This document shows, piece by piece, positions 7,435 to 15,527 of a DNA stretch of 27,130 nucleotides. The position numbers and the translations under genes are program-made. The DNA comes from Planctomycetota bacterium (GTDB taxonomy: Bacteria > Planctomycetota > UBA11346): positions 1 through 27,130 of the forward strand of contig JBBRLJ010000059.1 of NCBI GenBank assembly GCA_038231435.1, written 5' to 3'. The number at the start of each line of letters is the position of its first letter. Position 1 is the first letter of the stretch. The notes below the pieces were generated by a model. It had not been told where the DNA came from and made no database searches. It saw nothing but the letters and a program-made list of their open reading frames with translations.

Positions 7435-9006
7435 ATGACGCAACTCAACATTTTCACGCGCAAGGTCAACCACGAGTCCGATGTGTGCTCGCTTGTGATG
7501 AATGGCTATCCGTGCACCGCGGTCGTTGCTGCGCGCGGCATCTGCACGTACCACGCCCAGCAGCTGCGCGCCAACGGTCGGTATGAGGAATTCGCATTAC
7601 CTCCGATCACGGGCCAAAGACGCCGTCATGAGATCGTGCTAAAGCCGCCTGCGGAACTTCGGGACGGCGTGTGTCGGGTCGCGGTCAACGGCACCAGCTG
7701 TGAATCGCCCGCACAGCGTCGCGGTCTATGCAGTACGCATTACGCCGGGATCTGGCAGCGCGACGATCTAAACCTGGAAGACTTTTGCGCGCAAACTAAG
7801 CCGCGAGAGTTTCGCCGACGCAAAGTCGTGATGGCGGGTGTCTGTCGGGTCCGCGAAGGGGGCGCCGACTGCCAACACTCACCACACGCGCGAGGCCTTT
7901 GCAAACGTCACTACGCCTGGCTCCGCGAGAACTCACCGCACGACTTTAATGCGATCGCAGAGCCGGATCCGGGCCAGAGGCGTTGGGCACTGCGCCGCGA
8001 TCCCAAATCGGGTCGATGCAGGGCTGAAGAAAACAGCATTGGGTGCGGTGCCATTGCCTTCACGAGAGGGCTCTGCAAACACCACCTGAACGTGCTTCGG
8101 TCTAAGCCTGCTCTGCTCGAGCAGATTGCCTTATCTCCGAAACAAAGGCGGACGAAGGCCTATACCAAGAAGGTTTCGTTTTCACCCGTCGAATGCATCG
8201 TCATCGACGACGGTACGCCCTGTCGTGAGCCTGCTTCTCGGCGAGGACTGTGCCAACGCCATCGAAAGGCGATTTGGACCAGCAAAGCCTACGCGCTCGA
8301 GGACTTCGAGTTGCCGGAAAAGGAGTTCGTCCTGCGGCCGAAGTCGGATGCGGAATCTGTCGATGGCCTCTGCCGTGCCGTCGTCAACGAGGCGCTCTGC
8401 GCGCACCTCCCGAACACCCGTGGGCTTTGCCGAATGCACTATCGGCTCGCGGAGCGTCTCGGGCTCACCGAGCAATTCTCAAAAATCGGCAGAGCGGTCG
8501 CGGCATCCAGGGTCCAGGTCTATCTGGACAAAAACATCATCATCGACTACCTCGATCAGGTCTCTGGCCTATCCAGTGCTAACGCAGCATCATTGACCGT
8601 GATGGATGCGATACATTGTGGGCGACTGGTCGGCTGTATCAGCACAGACGCGATTAAAAGTGCCTACAACCGGCTGCGGCATCGTCTCACCCGGCGGCCC
8701 GACGAAGGCGGGATTGGATGCACTGAAGAGGAGGCCGAGGCCAAGGCCCAAGCAGCCATCGGCAGACTCCTTAAATCCCTTAAGCATTGGCGGATCGTTT
8801 CGCTCGACGCCGTGGCATTTCTCAATGCCTTTCGGAACCCTGGGGGACTTTCCTTAGAGGATGCCCTGGAATGGATGACGTACCAGGTTGCGCGGGCGAA
8901 GCCGGCGGGCCCCATACATTTCATCACGCGCGACGCGGACTTTGAAGAGGGGCTCCACCCTGCCGCCCTTCTAAAAGAAATCGATCGACAGCGTACAGGG
9001 GGCTAA
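7435..9006 (+). CDS. Protein with six CCCH-type repeats and a C-terminal PIN domain (523 aa)
   Basis: Six copies of C-x8-C-x6-RG[IL]C-x2-H about 60 aa apart, then VYLDKNIIID...LEDA...FITRDADF (PIN pattern). Start at ATG 7435 avoids overlap with SRAP. Confidence 0.8.
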   Translation: MTQLNIFTRKVNHESDVCSLVMNGYPCTAVVAARGICTYHAQQLRANGRYEEFALPPITGQRRRHEIVLKPPAELRDGVCRVAVNGTSCESPAQRRGLCSTHYAGIWQRDDLNLEDFCAQTKPREFRRRKVVMAGVCRVREGGADCQHSPHARGLCKRHYAWLRENSPHDFNAIAEPDPGQRRWALRRDPKSGRCRAEENSIGCGAIAFTRGLCKHHLNVLRSKPALLEQIALSPKQRRTKAYTKKVSFSPVECIVIDDGTPCREPASRRGLCQRHRKAIWTSKAYALEDFELPEKEFVLRPKSDAESVDGLCRAVVNEALCAHLPNTRGLCRMHYRLAERLGLTEQFSKIGRAVAASRVQVYLDKNIIIDYLDQVSGLSSANAASLTVMDAIHCGRLVGCISTDAIKSAYNRLRHRLTRRPDEGGIGCTEEEAEAKAQAAIGRLLKSLKHWRIVSLDAVAFLNAFRNPGGLSLEDALEWMTYQVARAKPAGPIHFITRDADFEEGLHPAALLKEIDRQRTGG

Positions 9007-9067
9007 TTCGACCCAGTTCCGCAGCTGGAGAGTTCGCCCACATCCTGTTGTAGCGGCAATCCCCCAT

Positions 9068-9307
9068 TCACTCGTGAAGTAACCGCTGCGCCTCAACTGG
9101 AGTCGCTGCTCCACCATCGTTAGAGAGGCGAGCAACGCGTCGCTCGTGCTGAGCATCGCAAGCGAGCCAGCCACGGCGCCACTCCCTCCAAAAACTGTCT
9201 TCAGTTTCCGGAGAGTACGCCACCCAGTTATATGGATTGCCCTTTAGTGGGAGTGGGGGCTTTTGCAGATATGCGCCCATACCATCGAAGAACGCTCGCC
9301 CTCTCAT
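9068..9307 (-). CDS. Small Rmf/CrpP-like protein
   Basis: AFFDGMGAY...NPY...WRRGW fits the RMF-like G..A...PY...W..GW pattern; ATGA overlap with upstream stop. Confidence 0.6.
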   Translation of the reverse strand: MRGRAFFDGMGAYLQKPPLPLKGNPYNWVAYSPETEDSFWREWRRGWLACDAQHERRVARLSNDGGAATPVEAQRLLHE

Positions 9308-9769
9308 CCGACGGCTCCTGTTCCTAGTATACGCTGAGAATTAGCCCGGGGATGGACTACCTGGTGGGCCGAGATCCCGATGTACAGTAAGCGTGCTATG
9401 CCGTGGCTTTCACCGAGGACAACCGCGGCCTTGGTGGATGACTGAAAGTATCCTTCTGGCTGAGCTAGAAGTTGCGTCGCGAATCGGACGATGCCCTCAC
9501 TCGGTTGAACCGGGAGGTCCGTTCGCTGCTCGACGATCATTCGGAGCCTCATCGCCGAGGCCTTCGTGGCGAGTGACGTTGCAAACTGGGTTTCGATGAA
9601 ACTCCAGGCCGCGGCGCTGAAGCGATGGCCTACCATGAACCGCGGGGCGTTCGGAACTTCCAGATGGAGGGCGCGACCGTCGGCCGCGTCGATGTGGCTT
9701 GTCGACTCCATGAAACCGAGGACATCCGTCGATCCCGTACGGATCGGCTCGACCAAGGCGATGATCGCT
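9304..9769 (-). CDS. Hypothetical protein, probably 5'-truncated
   Basis: Open frame with coding-like codons up to the ~9770 junction; stop overlaps the next ATG; internal ATG (MESTSH) is an alternative start. Confidence 0.5.
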
Positions 9770-11149
9770 CCAGACTTCGCCATCGTTGGCGAACACCTCG
9801 ATCGCAGACCGGTCGACGAAGATCCTCAGGCTCAGCTCGCCGCATGGAGCCATGATGACTGATGAGATCCCTGCCACTCCTCCTCCAGACAGATCCCGAT
9901 CGGTCGAGAGCCGACGCGTGGCGGGCTCATAGGCCACCACCGTCCGCTGCGCGCCATCCTCCGAGCGGCGAGCCATCACCACGATCCGCGACGCGGAGGT
10001 GCGCGTCAGGTCGATGACGATTTCGAGTTCGACACTGTCGCCGGCGGCCTCGGGCCACGCATATTCGCCGCCGATGCGCGCGACGGGGAAATGCGTGACG
10101 GCTCCGCGCAGGCGAGCCAGTTCCGCCACCGGATGGGAGCGTACCCGCCCCCGCGGATCGATCGACAGGACCCGTGGGACTGACATCGCGCAGGCCCAGC
10201 CGCGCTCCGTGGTCGGGATCGGCGTGCCGAAGCGATGCATCCAGCCGATGACGATGCGCCTGCCATCCTCGTCGAGGAACGTTTGCGCGGCGTAGAAATC
10301 GGGCCCGGCGTCGAGCTCCTGGTGCCGTTCGGTGGTGAAGCGCGCGGATCCGTGGGCGAATTCGCCGATCAGCGCCACCACCTTGGGCCGATCCACGCCG
10401 CATGGCGAGACGATCAGCACGTGGCGGCCGTCGAGCGGAAACAGGTCCGGACATTCCCACATCGATCCGAGCGTTCCGTCGCTGCTCGCGGCCACGCCGA
10501 GATAGTCCCAGGCGAGCAGGTCCGCCGAGCGGTAGACGACGGCCTTGCCGATGCCGTCGCGTCCGGTGCCGAGGACCATGTACCAGTGGTCCCCATGCCG
10601 CCAGACTTTCGGGTCGCGAGCATCGTCGCTGCCGTCGACGGGAGAGGTGGCGATGACGGGATTGCGCGGGTGCTTGTCGAAATGAATGCCATCCAGGCTG
10701 GTGGCGATGTTCTGGGTCTCCTTCGGCGCTCCGCCTTCGACGTGGCCGGTATAGACGAGCGTCAGGACGCCGTCGTGGTCGACCGCGCTGCCCGAGAAGC
10801 AGCCGCCGTGGGTGGGATGCTCGTCGTACGCCTCGCTCGGCGCCAGCGCGATGGGCAGGTGCCGCCAGTGCACCAGATCATCGCTCGCCAGGTGCCCCCA
10901 ATGCATCGGGCCCCATGCCGCGGAGTACGGATGATGCTGGTAGAAGAGATGGTACTCGCCCCGGAACCTGATCAGGCCATTGGGATCGTTGAGCCATCCC
11001 GACGGCGCCATGGCGTGGTAGGCGAGGCGGTGTGGGCAGGAACTCGCCAGGGGGATCCTTGCGCGGAGCGCATCCTCGGCGCGGGCGAGGGCATCCTGGT
11101 GGGGGGCATTCCCGCTCGGCAACGCGGCTGGCTGTGGATCAGGGCGCAT
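9497..11149 (-). CDS. GH32 beta-fructofuranosidase / sucrose-6-phosphate hydrolase, C-terminally truncated with aberrant tail
   Basis: WLNDPNG, FSGSA, RDP, WECPD; AAGGAGG RBS before ATG 11149. GH32-like sequence stops at EVFANDGEVW (~9770). Confidence 0.93.
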   Translation of the reverse strand: MRPDPQPAALPSGNAPHQDALARAEDALRARIPLASSCPHRLAYHAMAPSGWLNDPNGLIRFRGEYHLFYQHHPYSAAWGPMHWGHLASDDLVHWRHLPIALAPSEAYDEHPTHGGCFSGSAVDHDGVLTLVYTGHVEGGAPKETQNIATSLDGIHFDKHPRNPVIATSPVDGSDDARDPKVWRHGDHWYMVLGTGRDGIGKAVVYRSADLLAWDYLGVAASSDGTLGSMWECPDLFPLDGRHVLIVSPCGVDRPKVVALIGEFAHGSARFTTERHQELDAGPDFYAAQTFLDEDGRRIVIGWMHRFGTPIPTTERGWACAMSVPRVLSIDPRGRVRSHPVAELARLRGAVTHFPVARIGGEYAWPEAAGDSVELEIVIDLTRTSASRIVVMARRSEDGAQRTVVAYEPATRRLSTDRDLSGGGVAGISSVIMAPCGELSLRIFVDRSAIEVFANDGEVWSDHRLGRADPYGIDGCPRFHGVDKPHRRGRRSRPPSGSSERPAVHGRPSLQRRGLEFHRNPVCNVTRHEGLGDEAPNDRRAANGPPGSTE

Positions 11150-11264
11150 GGGTCCTCCTTGATGCCTGCATGAATACGCCAGCGAGGTGATGATCGCAAT
11201 GGACGTAGCCATCGCCGACCTGTACTTTTGCGACATGACCCTGCCGATGGCTCCCGTCACTACC

Positions 11265-12107
11265 ATGCGCCGACGTGGGCCCGGCCATTGGCCCGAGGCC
11301 GTGGACTTCACCTACGCCTTCTCAGCAGAGGGACACGACCTGCCGCTGAGACTGTCCCTGCTCGAGAGCGGCATCTTCATCCTCGACCGCGATCGGCATT
11401 TCGAGCATCCGACTCCGGATTTCGACCGCGTGTTCATGTTCGCCGAGGGCTGGTGTCGCGTCACTATCGCTGGAGCGGTGCGGCGCCTGCGCCCTGGGAC
11501 CATCTACCTGCTACCGGCGGAGCTGTCCTTCTCGGTGGATTACCGTGCCGGCAGCCGGCTCTACTATCATCACGTCCGACTCCTGGATGCACTCGGCCTG
11601 CCGGTGTTCAGCCGCGCGCGCGACCTCTGCGCGCTGACGCATGACGGCTTTCTGGCGGACCTGGTCACGCCCTACGGGGACGATTCGCCGGTCGGAGTCG
11701 CGCGCTGGCAATCGGCGCTCTTCGCCAGCGTGATGCGCATGGCCGAGCCGTTCCTCGCAGACCTGGTCGACGCCGCGACGCGCGCGCATCCGTTCGCCGA
11801 GCTGATGGCCTACGTGCGCTCGGAACGCCGCGCCACCTTGTCGGTGCGCGAGCTCGCTCGGCGCTACCACGCCTCGCCAGGAGCATTGTCAAAGCGCTTC
11901 AGCCGCGCCATCGGCAGGCCGCTCAAGGACCATCTGATCGACGAGCTCATCCAGCATGCGCGTCGCCTGCTCGGCCACGGCGACCAGAGCGTGAAGCAGA
12001 TCGCGGCGGAACTCGGGTACGCGGACACCTTCTACTTCAATCGCATCTTCCGCCGCCGCACCGGGCACACGCCGACGACCTACCGGGCATTGTCGCGCTC
12101 GCGGTAG
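11265..12107 (+). CDS. AraC-family transcriptional regulator
   Basis: N-terminal cupin-like region; C-terminal SVKQIAAELGYADTFYFNRIFRRRTGHTPTTYR. Start uncertain (11187-11265). Confidence 0.93.
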   Translation: MRRRGPGHWPEAVDFTYAFSAEGHDLPLRLSLLESGIFILDRDRHFEHPTPDFDRVFMFAEGWCRVTIAGAVRRLRPGTIYLLPAELSFSVDYRAGSRLYYHHVRLLDALGLPVFSRARDLCALTHDGFLADLVTPYGDDSPVGVARWQSALFASVMRMAEPFLADLVDAATRAHPFAELMAYVRSERRATLSVRELARRYHASPGALSKRFSRAIGRPLKDHLIDELIQHARRLLGHGDQSVKQIAAELGYADTFYFNRIFRRRTGHTPTTYRALSRSR

Positions 12108-12239
12108 GCGCCCGGGTGGGACTGGGATGTCATGTCGCCGCTGGCGTACCGTTTCATCGCCGTCGGGACCTGGCACCATCCGGTTCCGCTCTTCCGTCCG
12201 CACCACTCCGCACCTCGGCGATCGCCGCGAGCACCCACC

Positions 12240-13427
12240 ATGCGTCCAAGCCCACGAATGGTCCTCATCACCTGCGTCCTGGCGTCGCTGCTGCCGGGTT
12301 GCGGAGGCCCCTCACCCGCGGACCAACGACCGGTCGCGCGCGCCCCGGAGGCGGCCATCGCCCAGACGCCAGCCACTCCGCCCACGCCGGTGGTCACCGC
12401 GCCAAAGATCACCGCGGTGGCTGCGCCTCGCGTCGAGCCCGCGCCTCGCGAGACCGTCGGCGGCGGCACCATCGACCAACCAGCGATCGGTCCCGCGCCG
12501 TCGTTCGCCGTCGGCGGCACTGGATTCGTGCTGGTGAAGAACTGGAACTTCGGCACCGATGCGGCCAGCACCATCACCCGCACCCAGGACCTGAGCGAGC
12601 ACTTCCAGTTCCACGACCAGTTCGGGACCATCGGCAACGGCACCAACTACGGCGCGCTGATGGTGGCCCCGAGCGAGGAGCTCTCGCTGAAGCACCTCGA
12701 GCAGCCGATCGAAGGCCGCGACACCGATGGCAAGCCGATCCGCGAATTCACCGCCGGCTCGATGAAGACCTTCCTGGTGCCGCTGCATGGTGCCACCGAG
12801 TGCCTGCCCACCCGGCACGACGTCGGCTGCGGCTCCTTCCAGGCCAAGTGGAAACTGCCGAAGGGCGGCTCGCGCCTGGGGCAGGACATCCTGTGGGAGA
12901 CGCGCGTGCGCTACGTGACGCCGCCGTACTTCTGGTTCGCCATCTGGACCGCGGGCAATAAGTGGGACCGGGGCGCCGAGATCGACGTAGTCGAGAGCTT
13001 TGGCTACGACAACGGCGGCGGCAATACCAACTACGACGGCCGATTCTGGCACGTCGGCATCGTCGGCGGCCGCGAGGACGAGACGTACGGCAACTGGCAG
13101 CAGAGCATGGCGAAGATGGGCGTGGCCAGCTTCGACGCCACCGCGTACCACACCTGGACGATGCTCTATAAGGCCGACGACTCGATCGCCATCCACATGG
13201 ACGGCATCCTGGTGCAGACCGGCTTCAGTCATTGGACGCTGAAGACGGCGGAAAACGGCGAGCCCCTCGACCTGGGCTTCCTCTTCGACGGCGGCTGGGG
13301 CCACACCGGCGTCCAGAGCGTCAACAAACCGCTGCCCGCCTCGGCGTTCACCGGCACCTTCTACGAATGGGATTACAGCCGCGTCTACCTGCGTCCGGCT
13401 ACTCCGGCTACTCCGGCGACGCCCTGA
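12240..13427 (+). CDS. GH16-like lipoprotein
   Basis: Signal with lipobox LPGC, Pro/Ala/Thr linker, WFAIWT..AEIDVVES (ExDxxE catalytic motif), YHTW, EWDYSRVY. Confidence 0.8.
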   Translation: MRPSPRMVLITCVLASLLPGCGGPSPADQRPVARAPEAAIAQTPATPPTPVVTAPKITAVAAPRVEPAPRETVGGGTIDQPAIGPAPSFAVGGTGFVLVKNWNFGTDAASTITRTQDLSEHFQFHDQFGTIGNGTNYGALMVAPSEELSLKHLEQPIEGRDTDGKPIREFTAGSMKTFLVPLHGATECLPTRHDVGCGSFQAKWKLPKGGSRLGQDILWETRVRYVTPPYFWFAIWTAGNKWDRGAEIDVVESFGYDNGGGNTNYDGRFWHVGIVGGREDETYGNWQQSMAKMGVASFDATAYHTWTMLYKADDSIAIHMDGILVQTGFSHWTLKTAENGEPLDLGFLFDGGWGHTGVQSVNKPLPASAFTGTFYEWDYSRVYLRPATPATPATP

Positions 13428-13539
13428 AGAGGCAGCTTCGCGGGCCGATGAGCAACGAGCGCATCTCTCATCGCGGATCCGCGCGCTCGACTAGTTCCGA
13501 CACGGTACGCGAGGTTCTGGGAACGATAATGAAGGCACA

Positions 13540-13570
13540 GCGGCTGGCGGGATGAGTCCCCGCCAGCCGC
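13540..13570. terminator. Hairpin between convergent genes (terminator or stability element)
   Basis: Perfect 12-bp stem GCGGCTGGCGGG / CCCGCCAGCCGC with a 7-nt loop; no U-tract. Confidence 0.55.
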
Positions 13571-13594
13571 GCGACTCTGACATCACTGTGCCTA

Positions 13595-13990
13595 TTACTT
13601 CTTCGCTTCGACGGGCTTCGCCTCCTCGAGGGTGACGATGCGGCGGCCTTCATTCTCGGTGTACGAGATGGTGACGCGGTCGCCGACCTTGAGCTTGGAG
13701 ATCTGCTCGAGGCGGGGTTTGGAATTGCCGTCCTTGAAATAGGCGCGGTAGTCGTTGGTCTCGTCGGAACCGTCCTCCTTGACGGTGACTGAGTGCTTCG
13801 CGGTATCGACGGCGGTCACGGTGCCGGTCGCGGTGGCCTGCTCGACCTTGGCGGCGGCGGTCTTCTCGTGCTCCTTGGCCGGCTTGTCGCCCTCGGCGGC
13901 GGAGATGCCGCCGCAGATGACGAGCGCGAGGCTGGCTGCGAGGAGGGGTTTGACGACGCGGGCGCGGCTGGCGAAGAGGGGGGCAGTCAT
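13595..13990 (-). CDS. Secreted small OB-fold-like protein (131 aa)
   Basis: AAAGGA RBS, signal peptide, ATGTVTAVD...VTV...LKVGDRVTISY (CusF-like OB pattern without Met metal ligands). ATGA overlap with upstream gene. Confidence 0.75.
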   Translation of the reverse strand: MTAPLFASRARVVKPLLAASLALVICGGISAAEGDKPAKEHEKTAAAKVEQATATGTVTAVDTAKHSVTVKEDGSDETNDYRAYFKDGNSKPRLEQISKLKVGDRVTISYTENEGRRIVTLEEAKPVEAKK

Positions 13991-14715
13991 GGTGTATCCT
14001 TTGTTGGTGGTGAGCGGGTGTCTGTCGGAGCGGGAGCGGACTGTACAGGCGACTCGGGCGCGATGCTGGGCAGGGCCATGACTACCTCGGTGGCGGAGGC
14101 GTCCGCAGGGCTGGCCGCCAGGTCGATCGAGCGCACGTACCCGGGATCGGCGTAGCTGCGGCCGAGCGCCTTCGGGCCGAGGGGGATGCGCATGCTGGAA
14201 TAATGCTTCGCGTGATCCTTGGCGGTCTCCACACGCAGCACGTAGCGGCCCGAGAGCAGGTCGAGTCCCTTCCATTTCCGGGGAATGCGCAAGCGTCCGG
14301 TATCGCCTTGGATGATGGTGGCGCCGGTGACCGCGTCCACGTCCTGCGCGAGTTCCGCCGGCGAGGACAGCGCGTGCCAGACGGTGAGATCCTTGAAGTA
14401 CTTCTTGTCGCGGCTGAAGCACCACAGCGTGCGCACGAAGCGCCCGTCGACGTCCTCGATCCACAGGACGCTCATCGGCTGGTCCTTGGTGGTGCGCATG
14501 CCAGGAGCGGTGTGCGCCTGGAGTTCGATGCTGGTCGGCACATCGGCGCCTGGTGCGCGCAGACCCGCCTGCACGAGCAGGGCCGCGCACCAACAGCGCA
14601 ACGCCAGCGGACTGCGCGTCGGTCGATGCGTCATCCCGGCACCAGCTCGCGTCATCGGACTTTCCATCGGCGTCTCCAAGGACTCTTTTATCGGTCGCTT
14701 CATCGATCCATTCAT
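13987..14715 (-). CDS. DUF2271-family periplasmic protein with FMN-attachment motif
   Basis: VLWIED.DGRFVRTL...KDL..W...VDAVTGAT ([S/T]GA[S/T] motif at 14317-14337). ATGA-coupled start at 14715; a later start is possible. Confidence 0.85.
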   Translation of the reverse strand: MNGSMKRPIKESLETPMESPMTRAGAGMTHRPTRSPLALRCWCAALLVQAGLRAPGADVPTSIELQAHTAPGMRTTKDQPMSVLWIEDVDGRFVRTLWCFSRDKKYFKDLTVWHALSSPAELAQDVDAVTGATIIQGDTGRLRIPRKWKGLDLLSGRYVLRVETAKDHAKHYSSMRIPLGPKALGRSYADPGYVRSIDLAASPADASATEVVMALPSIAPESPVQSAPAPTDTRSPPTKDTP

Positions 14716-15527
14716 CGGTTGATGACGAGCAGGAACACCCATGCGCATCCTCCCACGAGGGTAGCCATGGCGAGCCGGCGGCGGCGCTGGGATACCCAGG
14801 TGATTCCCATCGCCAAGCCGGTGAGCGTGCTGAAGAGCAGCGAGATCGCCGCCGCATCCATCAGGCGACGTTGCCCCCAGCTGGCGTATTTGCCGGTGTG
14901 CAATTCGGCGAGGGCAGATCCCAAGGCGCGGCGATCGCAGCGTTCGCTCCAACGCTGGTGGATGCGATCGACGGTGACGCTGCGCGTCCACCAGACCGAG
15001 GCCACCACCAGTTGGACCCGCGGCGCCTGCATGTCATCTGGATCGACGCCGGTCTCGGGTGTGCCGCCGAGGCTCCTGGCGAACCACAGCGCCAATCCCG
15101 CGCGATCGAGCGGTGCGCCGCTGGGTAGCTGATGCCAGCGCGTGACCGTCACCGTGCCCGCGGGCAAGGCGACGATGGCTTCCACCAGATCCGCGCCGTC
15201 GTCGGCCTGGGCGATCAGCGCATCGCCGGCGTCCTCCAAGCGTGGCACCGTCGCCACCGCCATGCGTGGACGCAGCCAATCGGCGAGCGTCGCATGGTTC
15301 GTGAGCATGGCGGTGGGCGCCACCAGTCGCGGTGCCTCCGTATCCGCGTCCGGGCCGCGCAGTTCGCCGACCAGACCGGTCAGGGCGAAGAAGGCGATCG
15401 CGAACGAGGCGAACAGCGACGCGTAGAGGTGCAAGGTGCGCACCAGCGCCGGCAGGCCCTTCGTGCGGTAGGTGGCCCTGCGCAGGCGAGAGCCAGCCCA
15501 GCGCATGCGATAGTCGGCCCAGCTCAC
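14712..15527 (-). CDS. PepSY-associated TM helix domain protein
   Basis: RTLHLYASL..FFALTG, LAELHTGK, D...LTGL pattern; three hydrophobic helices; GTGA overlap with apbE stop. Confidence 0.85.
   Translation of the reverse strand: MSWADYRMRWAGSRLRRATYRTKGLPALVRTLHLYASLFASFAIAFFALTGLVGELRGPDADTEAPRLVAPTAMLTNHATLADWLRPRMAVATVPRLEDAGDALIAQADDGADLVEAIVALPAGTVTVTRWHQLPSGAPLDRAGLALWFARSLGGTPETGVDPDDMQAPRVQLVVASVWWTRSVTVDRIHQRWSERCDRRALGSALAELHTGKYASWGQRRLMDAAAISLLFSTLTGLAMGITWVSQRRRRLAMATLVGGCAWVFLLVINR

Noticed and set aside
13395..13424. CCGGCTACT tandem repeat
   Set aside because: Only encodes a short PATPATPATP tail; too short to be an array.
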